Source of the DNA: an uncultured bacterium
GTDB taxonomy: Bacteria; Patescibacteriota; Minisyncoccia; CAIUEV01
Direction: 5' to 3'
DNA length: 64,000 bases
NCBI GenBank assembly: GCA_937952315.1
Contig: CALFZX010000016.1
Coordinates: forward strand, 14,969 to 78,968
The translations under genes and the position numbers were made by a program. The notes below the pieces were generated by a model. The model was not told the DNA's origin, ran no database searches, and saw only the letters and a program-made list of their open reading frames with translations. Of the stretch, positions 19,775-29,650 are shown piece after piece; within the stretch, counting starts at the first letter, position 1; each line of letters opens with the position of its first letter.

Positions 19775-20968
19775 ATGAATCTTGCCGGAGTTGAGCTAAA
19801 AGGGAAAAAAATCAATAAAATCAAAGTAGCTTTGGTCCATGATTATTTGGTTGAATACGGCGGAGCGGAAAGAGTTTTGGAGTGTTTTTCTCAAATTTTT
19901 CCCGACGCGCCTATCTATACTTTGATTTACGATAAAAAACTGGCTAATCGAATTTTGCCGGGAAAGACAATCAGGGGGTCATTCTTGCAAAAAATACCTT
20001 TTTCTAAATCTTTTCATCGCCTTTTTCCCTTGCTAATGCCGACGGCGATTGAAGATTTTGATTTAAATTACTACGATTTGGTTCTCTCCGATTCGGCCAG
20101 TTTCGCCAAAGGAGTGATTACCTCTCCCTCCACCAAGCATATTTGTTATTGTCACACCCCCACTCGCTATGTTTGGGATGACTGCCACAAATATGTTAGG
20201 GAATTTTCTTACCCTCTTTCCTTACGGCAACTGATTCCTTTCGGTCTTAATTATGTGAGAATTTGGGATCGTCTGGCTTCGTTGAGAGTGGACGAATATA
20301 TCGCCAATTCAAAATTAGTGGCCGATAGATTGAAAAAATATTATAAAAGAGAATCGGAAGTTATAAACCCCCCGGTTTTTATTGAAGAGTTGCTTTCACC
20401 GCAGGATCAGAAAAAAAGAGGACTTTATTTTGAAAAGAGTAAATTTTCTTCTCAAAAAAAAGGCTACTATTTGATGTTGGGAAGATTGATGTCCTATAAA
20501 AAATTTGATTTGGGGATCAAGGCCTTTAACAAGCTAGGCCTGCCTTTAAAAATTGTCGGTGGAGGGCCGGAATTAAATCATTTAAAGAAAATAGCCTCTC
20601 CGAATATTGAATTCACCGGTTCTTTGCCACCGAGGGACAGCAGAGTGGCGGAATATTTTGCCGGAGCTAAAGCTTTAATTTTTCCTCAAGAGGAGGATTT
20701 CGGCATTGTCGCTCTGGAATCTATGATAAGTGGAAAACCGGTTATCGCTTATCGGGCAGGTGGCGCCTTGGAAGCGGTAAAAGAAAATTTCACCGGCTTA
20801 TTTTTTGATCGGCAAAATGTGGAAAGTCTAATCGAGGTAGTGAATGATTTTGAGGAGAAATCAAGAAAAAATATTTTTGAAGCGGAAAAAATTCATCAAT
20901 TTGCCTTAGGTTTTCGCAAGGAAATTTTTATGCAAAAAATAGTCGATTTTCTGGAGGCTAGAATCTAG
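19775..20968 (+). CDS. Glycosyltransferase family 4
   Basis: VALVHDYL..GGAERV, YCHTPTRY.W, EDFGIVALE...GKPVIA. Confidence 0.9.
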   Translation: MNLAGVELKGKKINKIKVALVHDYLVEYGGAERVLECFSQIFPDAPIYTLIYDKKLANRILPGKTIRGSFLQKIPFSKSFHRLFPLLMPTAIEDFDLNYYDLVLSDSASFAKGVITSPSTKHICYCHTPTRYVWDDCHKYVREFSYPLSLRQLIPFGLNYVRIWDRLASLRVDEYIANSKLVADRLKKYYKRESEVINPPVFIEELLSPQDQKKRGLYFEKSKFSSQKKGYYLMLGRLMSYKKFDLGIKAFNKLGLPLKIVGGGPELNHLKKIASPNIEFTGSLPPRDSRVAEYFAGAKALIFPQEEDFGIVALESMISGKPVIAYRAGGALEAVKENFTGLFFDRQNVESLIEVVNDFEEKSRKNIFEAEKIHQFALGFRKEIFMQKIVDFLEARI

Positions 20969-20983
20969 AGACCCCTGCCAGCA

Positions 20984-23101
20984 TTAGTCTCCTCCACCAC
21001 TCATAAGTAGGGCCCTTTTCTCCTCTCGACTGAGATTGCTATTTTTATTTTCGTTCTTTTTACTCTTTTTATTATCATTTTGATTGCCGTTTTCATTCTC
21101 GTTGTCCAGTTGGAGCTGTTTGCGAATATTATTGCTTGAGTTGACTTCCTGCGGATTTAAGTTGTCGTTATCCGCCTTGAGAAATTCCCTTAATCGATCG
21201 GCGTGCATTTTATAATCCGCTTTTTCTTTGTCGGTGGCCTCCTCGGTCGGTGAAATATTGTAGTAGTCGAAGAGAAACTCTAGCACCTGTCTGGCGATAG
21301 GTGAAGATGAATCGGAGGAGTATTCAACGGCCTTGACTTTGTCCAGTTTAACCAAAATAACAAATCGCGGATCGTTCATAGGAGCACCGGCAATAAAGCT
21401 GTGAATCAAATCTTTTGAATAGCCTCCGCCGTTAGGATCGGGTAATTGAGCGGTCCCGGTCTTGCCCCCGATCAGATAACCCGGAACAGCCGCTTTTATG
21501 CTCCAACCGTTTTTGGCGACCGAAACTAACATCGCTTTGATTTTTTTTGAAGCGACTTCACTGATGACTCGGCGAATCTCCTTCGGCGGAATTTCGATTT
21601 CTTCACCATCATTTTTTATCACCTTTTCAACAATTTGAGGTTTCATCAGGACTCCGCCGTTAATTATAGCGGAAAAAGCCGACACCATTTGGAGAGGAGT
21701 GGCGGCGACTCCCTGCCCGAAAGCGGCGGTGGCAAAATTTAAATCTTTCATATTTGCCAAATTTTTAATATCTCCTTTGGCCTCACCGATCAACTCTATG
21801 CCCAAAGTTTCCCCAAAGCCAAAATTTTTCAGCTGTTCGTAGAATTTTTCTTTCCCTACGCTTTGCTGAGCAAAGATGGCGCCAGTGTTTAACGACAAAT
21901 CGAGAGCGGTAGTCATCGGAATGTAACCTCGACCTTTTCCGTCAAAATTATGCAGAGTATAGCCGGACATAGAGATCGATCCGCGATCCGTGTACATTGT
22001 TTCGGGTTGAATTTTGCCGGCATCGAGGGCAATCGCATAGGTCATAGGTTTCATTATTGATCCCGGTTCATACTGATCTTGAATGCATTTATTCTGAAAG
22101 AGAGACGCGTCTTTCACTTGACTGTAGTCCTCGTTGTTGTAGGAAGGATAGTTGGCCATTGCTAGGATTCTTCCGGTTTTTGGCTCCATAATTAAAATAT
22201 TGCCACTTTCCGCTTCAAATTTTTGAACCGCCTCTTCCAATTTTCTTTCGGTGAAATATTGAACCGATTGATCAATAGTCAAAATCAAACCGTCGCCATC
22301 CTCAGCTTTTTCCAAGGTTCGCATGCCGATAGAAATCCAGCGGCCGCTAGTATCTTTTTCCGCTTTAAGAAATCCTCCTTTGCCTTTCAGAGTGGCGTCA
22401 AAATAGCCTTCGATCCCGTATTGACCGATTTTTTCTTCCCCCTTGTAGCCGATAAAGCCGATTATTTGAGAAGCCAAAGGGCTGCCGGGATAAGTTCTCC
22501 AATATTCCGGCACCAGCTCCACGCCCTTTAGACCTTTTTCTCGAATTTTCAAGCTTTCTTCGTCGGACAGCTTTCTCTTAAGCACCTCGTATAAATCTTC
22601 TCGGTTTTTCTCTATTTTGGATTTGATTTCTTCTTTGGGAATATTGATGATCGAAGCCAATGTTTCGGCCGTGCTTTCAATATTGATAATATTTTTAGGA
22701 ATAAGAATAAGGGAATCTTTCTCCTCGTTGACGGCCGCCGGATAAGTTTTTCCTTTATTCTGAAGATAGATTTCGCCTCTTTTTGGGGCTAATTCTTCAT
22801 AGTATTGATGTTGATTTTTTGCTTTCTCGGTGAATATTTCATGGCTGGAAACCTGAAGAAAAAATAGACGATTAAAAATGGCTCCAACGGCGATAAAAAC
22901 GAAAATAAACCAAAGCCAAAAACGCCAACGACTGGCTTCGCGGATACTTTCCGGTCTGCAAGTGATGATTCTTCCCTGTCGGCAATTCGAATTTCTGATT
23001 TGTTTCATCATCCTTGGATTTTGACCGACATTTCTTGTGATGGAAAAGTCTCTTCCGGGAGAGGTTCTCCGTTGGTCCATTGTCGGATAGCGATTGATCA
23101 T
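20984..23101 (-). CDS. Class B penicillin-binding protein (FtsI/PBP2 family)
   Basis: TM, RG.I, EPGSIMK (SxxK), SLN (SxN), GKTGTAQ (KTG). Confidence 0.92.
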   Translation of the reverse strand: MINRYPTMDQRRTSPGRDFSITRNVGQNPRMMKQIRNSNCRQGRIITCRPESIREASRWRFWLWFIFVFIAVGAIFNRLFFLQVSSHEIFTEKAKNQHQYYEELAPKRGEIYLQNKGKTYPAAVNEEKDSLILIPKNIINIESTAETLASIINIPKEEIKSKIEKNREDLYEVLKRKLSDEESLKIREKGLKGVELVPEYWRTYPGSPLASQIIGFIGYKGEEKIGQYGIEGYFDATLKGKGGFLKAEKDTSGRWISIGMRTLEKAEDGDGLILTIDQSVQYFTERKLEEAVQKFEAESGNILIMEPKTGRILAMANYPSYNNEDYSQVKDASLFQNKCIQDQYEPGSIMKPMTYAIALDAGKIQPETMYTDRGSISMSGYTLHNFDGKGRGYIPMTTALDLSLNTGAIFAQQSVGKEKFYEQLKNFGFGETLGIELIGEAKGDIKNLANMKDLNFATAAFGQGVAATPLQMVSAFSAIINGGVLMKPQIVEKVIKNDGEEIEIPPKEIRRVISEVASKKIKAMLVSVAKNGWSIKAAVPGYLIGGKTGTAQLPDPNGGGYSKDLIHSFIAGAPMNDPRFVILVKLDKVKAVEYSSDSSSPIARQVLEFLFDYYNISPTEEATDKEKADYKMHADRLREFLKADNDNLNPQEVNSSNNIRKQLQLDNENENGNQNDNKKSKKNENKNSNLSREEKRALLMSGGGD

Positions 23102-23114
23102 TTGACTCGCTTAA

Positions 23115-23504
23115 TTATTTCATTGTATCTAGCAAATTTATGATTGGGGTATCGCCCATCGTGCACTTCCCTTCTTTATAGAGAAGAGGGACGCCGGCGC
23201 TCATCGCTGATAATTTACATTTTTCGGCAATTTGCTGAAAAACTTTCAGATTCTCCTTATTGCCACTAATCTCGATTTTTTTTATTTTTAATCTTTCATC
23301 AAGCCCCCCGTTTTCTTCGAAGTATTTTTCCACATTCTTGCAGTGCGGACAGGTTTCACTCCAGAAAAAAAGCGTTTGAGAATCATCAATCGTTTGAGGC
23401 GGTTGATCGGAGGAGGGCGGTAACTCGTTTTGATTTTTTGTGCAACCGGTTAGGCCGATCAGAATGAAGAAAATAGTTAATGGAAACCAGATAGTTTTTT
23501 TCAT
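23115..23504 (-). CDS. Thioredoxin-fold lipoprotein
   Basis: Lipobox LTGC, CPHC motif, GVP. Confidence 0.75.
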   Translation of the reverse strand: MKKTIWFPLTIFFILIGLTGCTKNQNELPPSSDQPPQTIDDSQTLFFWSETCPHCKNVEKYFEENGGLDERLKIKKIEISGNKENLKVFQQIAEKCKLSAMSAGVPLLYKEGKCTMGDTPIINLLDTMK

Positions 23505-23646
23505 TTCTATTCTTTAAAGATTAAGATAAAGGCACTCAATAATAATAAAACAATAATTTAAAATTTCTAAAATTTTTTTTGGCTCAAAATAAAAAAAATC
23601 GCTATTATTTTTTTAGAGGAATTTTTTATCAATAAAATTTTTTAAA

Positions 23647-24666
23647 GTGAAGAAGTTTTATGTTTTTATTCTAGTCGTTCTGTTTTTATTAATGGCCGGC
23701 TATCTTCTGGTAAAAAATAAGATTTCCGGTCGTGCCGGGAATTCTTCGGTAGTGCAAGAGATTTCGATAAAGGAAGGTGAAGGGGTCAACGCTATCGCAA
23801 CAAAGCTGCAAACAGGCGGAATAATTTCCCATCGAATTTGGTTTGAACTTTATATTTGGTCTAAAGATAAAGAAAATAAAATTGCGGCCGGTAACTATGA
23901 ATTAAGACCGAATATGACTATTCCGGAGATCGTGGACACCCTGACAACGACCGGAAAGGCGAAAAGTGAAGACGATTTTATCACCATTATCGAAGGTTGG
24001 AACAATCGAGAAATTGGTGAATATCTGGCCGAGCAGGGCATAGCCGGCAAGGAAGAATTTTTAGAAGAAACAAAAGCGGTGGAAAAATATAAAACACACT
24101 TTTCTTTTTTGCAGGATTTACCAAAAAATAGAGATCTCGAAGGTTATTTGTTCCCCGACACTTACGGGGTAATTAAGGGTAAAACAACTGTCGCTCAATT
24201 GGTTTATAAAATGCTGTTGAATTTTGATCAAAAATTGGTTGATTCGATGAGAGAAGATCTCAAAAAAAGCGGTCATTCCCTTGACGATATTATTAAGATG
24301 GCCAGCGTGATTGAACTTGAAGTGCCCCAAGAAAAGGAGAGAAAAATTGTCTCGGGAATTTTTTGGAATCGCATTGAAGGTAAGATGCCTTTAGAGTCTT
24401 GCGCCACTATCGGTTACATTACGGGGGTGAAGAAGAAGCAGTATTCTTTCGAGGATACTCGGGTGGACTCTCCTTATAATACTTATTTAAACAGAGATTT
24501 GCCCTTTGGACCGATTGGGAATCCGGGACTGTCGGCCATTAAGGCAGCTCTTTATCCTCAAGAAACCGATTTTGTCTACTTCTTGTCCGATGTTGCAACG
24601 GGAGAGACTGTCTTTGCCAAGACCCTGGACGAGCATGTCAAAAATAAAAGAGATCATGGTTTATAG
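23647..24666 (+). CDS. mltG: Endolytic transglycosylase MltG
   Basis: LEGYLFPDTY, ASVIELE, SPYNTY...LP.GPIGNPG. Confidence 0.95.
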   Translation: MKKFYVFILVVLFLLMAGYLLVKNKISGRAGNSSVVQEISIKEGEGVNAIATKLQTGGIISHRIWFELYIWSKDKENKIAAGNYELRPNMTIPEIVDTLTTTGKAKSEDDFITIIEGWNNREIGEYLAEQGIAGKEEFLEETKAVEKYKTHFSFLQDLPKNRDLEGYLFPDTYGVIKGKTTVAQLVYKMLLNFDQKLVDSMREDLKKSGHSLDDIIKMASVIELEVPQEKERKIVSGIFWNRIEGKMPLESCATIGYITGVKKKQYSFEDTRVDSPYNTYLNRDLPFGPIGNPGLSAIKAALYPQETDFVYFLSDVATGETVFAKTLDEHVKNKRDHGL

Positions 24667-24690
24667 CTAATCAGTAATGTAAAAATCAAT

Positions 24691-25287
24691 ATGATTATTT
24701 CCATCTCCGGTTTGCCCGGGTCGGGTAAAAGCACGGTAGCGAAAATTATAGCGAAGAAATTAGGCTTTGAAAGAATCTATATGGGAGGAATATTAAGAAA
24801 TATTGCCGACCAGCGAGGGCTGACGATCTTGGAATTGCTCAAGGAAGCGGAGACCAATTCCAGTATCGATGAAGATGCCGACAAGATGGTGACCGATTTG
24901 GGCCGGACTAAAGATAATTTTATTATTGAAAGCCGAACGGCCTTTTATTTTATTCCTGACTCTTTTAAGATTTTTGTCCAGGTTTCTCCCGACGAAGGGG
25001 CAAGAAGGATTTATGGTGATTTAAAAAAGGAGGAGCGCAAGAACGAGGAAAAGGCGAAGAGCCTTGAAGGCCTGAAACAAAAATTAAAAGAAAGAGTAGA
25101 AACGGACAGCTTAAGATACGAAAAATATTACGGCATAGATTTTTTGGACAAAGCCAATTATGATTTGGTTATTGACAGCACGGATATTTCGGCGGACGCG
25201 GTGGCGGAAAGAATTTTGATTGAGTTTGAGAAATGGAGCAAGGAAGAGCAAGGGGGCCGGCGGCAAGAACCGGAGGAAAAGTTCTAA
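24691..25287 (+). CDS. cmk: Cytidylate kinase, archaeal-like type
   Basis: MIISISGLPGSGKST, IESR, RY.KYYGID...YDLVIDS. Confidence 0.8.
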   Translation: MIISISGLPGSGKSTVAKIIAKKLGFERIYMGGILRNIADQRGLTILELLKEAETNSSIDEDADKMVTDLGRTKDNFIIESRTAFYFIPDSFKIFVQVSPDEGARRIYGDLKKEERKNEEKAKSLEGLKQKLKERVETDSLRYEKYYGIDFLDKANYDLVIDSTDISADAVAERILIEFEKWSKEEQGGRRQEPEEKF

Positions 25288-25304
25288 TTTTGATAATTTT
25301 TCAT

Positions 25305-26333
25305 ATGTCAAACAGGAATTTAATCAAATCAATAATATTCTTAGCGCTGATATTCGCCACTTCCTCTGTTCACGCTTGGATCGAACCGACGACCGTTCCA
25401 CCCGGTAACAATATTTACGCACCTCTTAATACTTCTTCCTTCGGCCAAAGTAAAATCGGCGGATTGATATTAAACATTGGAAACGCCGCGCACGGTTTAA
25501 TTGTCAGATACGGACTAGTGGGGATTGGCACAGACAGTCCCGAATCCGAACTGGATGTTAGAGGAGAAACCAAAACGGATAGTCTGACAGTGAGAGGGGC
25601 GACAACATTTAACGGCAATTTGACTGTAGCCGGATCAGTAGCTTCAACCGGAAATATATCCACCCAAAATAGTGTTTGTATTAAAGGTGATTACAAATCC
25701 GCTTGGCCTATGGCTAGCAACGACACTCTTCAAACCGTTACCGCAAGAGGAAATACCAGTAATGGAGCCGTTAACATTAATGGGGATTTAAGTTTTAATG
25801 GTGTGCTTTCCACCCCTAATAGAATGCACATTAACGGCCAAGAAGATCTTTATATTTTGAACAAAGGAACTACTCATATCAGTAAGGCTTGAGGTGGAAC
25901 CGGAAATCTAGCGGTAGAGGGAAATTTATGTGTTGGTGGTGACTGTAGAAATAACTGGTGCCCAAATGGTTATATGAGTATTTGGAAAAGTGATGGCCCT
26001 GGAACAATCAGAGAGGCTTGCTTTGATAAAAATGCTGGTATTAGCTGCTCTAATGGTGAAATAACCGTGATAGTCCCTTATCATGAGGCAAAATATATCA
26101 ATGGTGAGAAATATACAAGGGCTAAAATATATCCTGGCGGATATACAGGTGGACCCGGTTGTGATTCGGGCTATGTCAAAGGAACAAGTGCCCAGTGTTC
26201 AATGTGGGTTTTTTATCCAAATGGAACTTTCACAGTTTATTCGAACTGGAATTCTTCTCCTTTGGGCGGCATTGTCGGCAGATGGTCACATCCTTGGTGG
26301 GGCAATCAGGAAAGTTGCTCGTCAAGCTTCTAG
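25305..26333 (+). pseudogene. Secreted tail-fibre-like adhesin paralogue A, interrupted by in-frame TGA at 25890-25892
   Basis: ORFs 25233..25892 and 25974..26333 are the same frame. SKA*GGTGNL aligns to SKAWGGTGNL and SRAWGGTGNL in the two paralogues. Confidence 0.8.
25370..25530 (+). repeat. Direct repeat copy 1 (~160 bp, near-identical to 27668-27828)
   Basis: TCACGCTTGGATCGAACCGACGACCGTTCCACCCGG... shared, with only a few synonymous differences. Confidence 0.9.
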
Positions 26334-26337
26334 TTTT

Positions 26338-27486
26338 TTATTGGGTAATTTCTCTGTAAATTTGTTCATATTTCTCTAGGGTTTTTTTCGAATTAAATTT
26401 CGCTTCCACCCAACATCTCATTTCTTCTTTTTCAATTTTACTTTTGAGGATTTTCTTGATTTTAACGGAAAAATCTTTTTCTTCTTTGATGTCAAAAACG
26501 AATTGTTTTAAATATTTTTCATTGCCGGACCAAATTTCCGGTAAGGCACCAATATCGCTGGTTAAAATTGGGGTGCCACAGGCTAGTGACTCAAGCAGCA
26601 CGAAGGGGAAATCGAATTTTCCGTCCATTTTTTTCGCGGGAAAAACGGTCAAGTCGGCCAGCTGATACATTCTTTCCGGTCTTTCAATCTTGCCCAAAAA
26701 AATAACGTCCTCAGCATAAGCGCTCAAACTAACCAGTTTTTTGAATTTTTCTTCTTTAATTCTGTCCTCCTTGCTTTTGATACGGCAGGCTACAATCAAT
26801 CGATAGCTTCTCCCAGATTCGGAATTTTCTTTGTTTTTCCTTGCTTCGGATTGTTTGAGCTTAACAAATGTCTTCCACAGCAAACCCATGGCGTCAAGCC
26901 GAGAATATTCTCCGGGGTAAAGAAGCGCTATGTCCTTTGTTTTTATTCCGAATTTCCTTCTCAATTCCTGTTTCAATTTTTGAGAAATCGGCCGAAAGTG
27001 TTTCGAATCAATAAACGGAGGAATAATGGAAACATTTTTTTGCTTAATTCTACCGGCCGTATGCTTTGAATAGACAACAGCCTTGTCGCCAAACAGTAAA
27101 TCTCCGCCCTCTTTTTTCGGGGGGCAAGCCAGATTGTGTATTATTTTTATATTTGATTTTTTCAGGATAGTTTTCAGAATCAAGCTGTTGATTGGCGTTG
27201 GGGCAAAGAGCAAGTGGACTATATTGATTTCTGGATTGTCAGTTAAAATTTTTCTCAAGGAAAAAAGAAGTTTCAAGCGCTGTTTTAAATTCCATTCCGA
27301 CCCTTTGTAGATCAAATGTTGAGTAATATTTTTAGGCAAAGACGGATCGTATTCCCCCACTAAAATATGGAATTTCAGACCCTCAATCTGAGTGGCTAAA
27401 AAATAAGCCAGGTTTTTGCTCGCTTCATCCCACGGTGGCGTTAAGGGCCGAGTGACCATCAAAATTTCCGGAATTTTATTTGGCAT
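26338..27486 (-). CDS. Glycosyltransferase family 4
   Basis: PPWDE.SKN, ADL.VFP, P.VLLESLACGTPI..SDIGALPE. Confidence 0.85.
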   Translation of the reverse strand: MPNKIPEILMVTRPLTPPWDEASKNLAYFLATQIEGLKFHILVGEYDPSLPKNITQHLIYKGSEWNLKQRLKLLFSLRKILTDNPEINIVHLLFAPTPINSLILKTILKKSNIKIIHNLACPPKKEGGDLLFGDKAVVYSKHTAGRIKQKNVSIIPPFIDSKHFRPISQKLKQELRRKFGIKTKDIALLYPGEYSRLDAMGLLWKTFVKLKQSEARKNKENSESGRSYRLIVACRIKSKEDRIKEEKFKKLVSLSAYAEDVIFLGKIERPERMYQLADLTVFPAKKMDGKFDFPFVLLESLACGTPILTSDIGALPEIWSGNEKYLKQFVFDIKEEKDFSVKIKKILKSKIEKEEMRCWVEAKFNSKKTLEKYEQIYREITQ

Positions 27487-27596
27487 TAATTTTTTTTCAT
27501 AAAATCTATTTTTAGTGTATATTATTTTTATGAAAAAAAGAATTGTTAATTACTTCTCAATAAATCTAAAATTTATTAATTAAAAATCTTAATATT

Positions 27597-29060
27597 ATGT
27601 TTATCCGAGTTAAGATTTGCTCTTTACTAGTAACAATCGGTGTGATTATTTTTTTATGCTCTCCCGCTCACGCTTGGATCGAACCGACGACCGTTCCACC
27701 CGGCAACAATATTTACGCACCTCTTAATACTTCTTCCTTCGGTCAAAGTAAAATCGGCGGATTGATATTAAACATTGGAAACGCCGCACACGGTTTAATC
27801 GTCAGATACGGATTAGTGGGTATTGGTACGGATAATCCGCAGGCAGCCTTGGATGTGGTGGGAAAAGTCAGAAGCACCGGTCTTGAAGTTAACTCAACGA
27901 CGGAAGGAGCCTTATTGCCCCGAATGAATACGAACCAAAGAAATGATATTACCAATAAGGTGGAAGGATTGCTTATTTACAATACGGAAACCAAACAATT
28001 GGAGGTTTACGCTGACGGAGCGTGGAAGGCCAGTAGCGGTGGCGGTGATAGCTTACCGAAAGGTACCATCGCTTTTTTTAATCTTTCCTCTTGTCCTTCC
28101 GGCTGGGCGGAAAAAACAGAACTTAAAGGCAGATATCCCGTCGGCCTGCCCACCGCCGGCACACTCGGTCAGTCGGTCGGTACCGCTTTGACGAACGGAG
28201 AGAATCGCGCAGTGGGCCAACACAGTCATGGAGTGACAGACCCGGGACATAGTCATAATCTGATGGGACAGGATGGAACGTTCGGACCGGGAACCTATGG
28301 GCATTTTATTTGGAATAACGGTCCCTGGTCTTCTGGACGAATTTCAACTTCTACAACCGGAATTTCCATTCAAAATTCTGGTTCTGTCGCGGGCACCAAT
28401 GCCCCCTATCTGCAACTTTTAGCCTGTGAAAAATTAACGACGGCTACCGCTGGCGGTGGCACTTCAACGACGAATGGAGGTTTTTGGCAGAATAATGGAA
28501 CGAGCATCTACTACAATGATGGGAATGTGGGGGTGGGAACCAGCACGCCAACGCAGAAAATGGAAGTGGCGGGGAATGTCAAAGCTTCCGGTGTTTGCAT
28601 CGGCAATGATTGCAAGTCTGCCTGGCCGACAATAACGACCGCTGACACCCTTCAAACCGTGACCGCCCGAGGGAACACTAGTAATGGATCGGTGAATATC
28701 AACGGAGATTTGAGTTTTAACAGTACTCTTTCAACCCCAGGCCGTATGCATATTAACGGTCAAGAAGACTTATACATTTTAAATAAAGGAACTACTCGTG
28801 TTAGTCGTGCCTGGGGCGGAACAGGAAACCTTTCGGTTGAGGGAAGTCTTTGTTTGGGCGGAGATTGTCGTTCTAGCTGGAATATGCCAAAAAGACATTG
28901 TTTTTGGGCCAGCACAAACAGAGCATCCGCCACTGCTAATTTTGCCGTGCAATGTCCCAACAATTACCACTCAACGGGGGTTTCTGAAAGCACGCAATCC
29001 TGTGACCCTTGTACCGGAATCTGTAGTTTCATTGTGTCCGTTCTTTGTTGCAACGATTAA
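27597..29060 (+). CDS. Secreted tail-fibre-like adhesin paralogue B with phage tail-collar-like domain
   Basis: Signal peptide, WIEPTTVPPGNN, GxVGIGT repeats, LPKGTIAFF..CPSGW..LKGRYPVG, HSH...PGHSH, NAPY.QLLACEK, DTLQTVTARGN, Cys-rich tip. Confidence 0.7.
   Translation: MFIRVKICSLLVTIGVIIFLCSPAHAWIEPTTVPPGNNIYAPLNTSSFGQSKIGGLILNIGNAAHGLIVRYGLVGIGTDNPQAALDVVGKVRSTGLEVNSTTEGALLPRMNTNQRNDITNKVEGLLIYNTETKQLEVYADGAWKASSGGGDSLPKGTIAFFNLSSCPSGWAEKTELKGRYPVGLPTAGTLGQSVGTALTNGENRAVGQHSHGVTDPGHSHNLMGQDGTFGPGTYGHFIWNNGPWSSGRISTSTTGISIQNSGSVAGTNAPYLQLLACEKLTTATAGGGTSTTNGGFWQNNGTSIYYNDGNVGVGTSTPTQKMEVAGNVKASGVCIGNDCKSAWPTITTADTLQTVTARGNTSNGSVNINGDLSFNSTLSTPGRMHINGQEDLYILNKGTTRVSRAWGGTGNLSVEGSLCLGGDCRSSWNMPKRHCFWASTNRASATANFAVQCPNNYHSTGVSESTQSCDPCTGICSFIVSVLCCND
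27668..27828 (+). repeat. Direct repeat copy 2 (matches 25370-25530)
   Basis: Direct sequence comparison. Confidence 0.9.
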
Positions 29061-29077
29061 AAATTAAAAAATAAAAA

Positions 29078-29608
29078 ATGGAAAACAAAAAAATAATTTT
29101 CCTTAACGCAGTCTTTTCTTTCTTGATGTTTTTAATGGCTATTGGCTACTTTGAATTAAGGACCATTAATTTTTTGAAAAAAAATAATCCAACAAACAAT
29201 CCTATTTCCCAAAATAATATTTTAGAGCAAGCATCTTTAACCAATCCAAACAATGAAGATCCAAAGAACCAAGAGCCGGAACCGATCTATGAAGAGCCGA
29301 AAGATCTCTCTTACAGTGGAAGTCAAGTGCCCGGATTCGCTTCAGGAGAAATTGTTTCTGTCAGTGAAGAAGAATTCGTTTTAAAACAATCGGCCAGCAT
29401 TGATTTAAGATATCAAGTTTTCAAAAAAGATGTTGAAAAAATCACAGAGATTGTTGTTATCGGTTCAAGGGATGACCCAAAAAAAGAGCCGAGAACCGAA
29501 GAAAAAACTTCTGACTGGAGCAACATAAAGGTTGGATCAAAAATAAATATGCGTTTGGACGAAAATCAAAAAAGAATTGTTTCGATTGTCACTTTTAAGG
29601 CCGAATAA
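29078..29608 (+). CDS. Hypothetical membrane-anchored protein (possible OB-fold-like C-terminus)
   Basis: One TM, Asn/Pro linker, SGEIVSVS...WSNIKVG..I pattern. Confidence 0.55.
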   Translation: MENKKIIFLNAVFSFLMFLMAIGYFELRTINFLKKNNPTNNPISQNNILEQASLTNPNNEDPKNQEPEPIYEEPKDLSYSGSQVPGFASGEIVSVSEEEFVLKQSASIDLRYQVFKKDVEKITEIVVIGSRDDPKKEPRTEEKTSDWSNIKVGSKINMRLDENQKRIVSIVTFKAE

Positions 29609-29650
29609 AGTCATTCTTTACCTGTCAACCTTGACTTTTCCATTTTTTCT

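Noticed and set aside
25890-25892. TGA recoding (genetic code 25 or 4) as the explanation for the stop in paralogue A
   Set aside because: Core genes are uninterrupted in code 11, and several genes end in TGA (223, 7664, dprA, argS). The paralogues have TGG here, so a point mutation is simpler.
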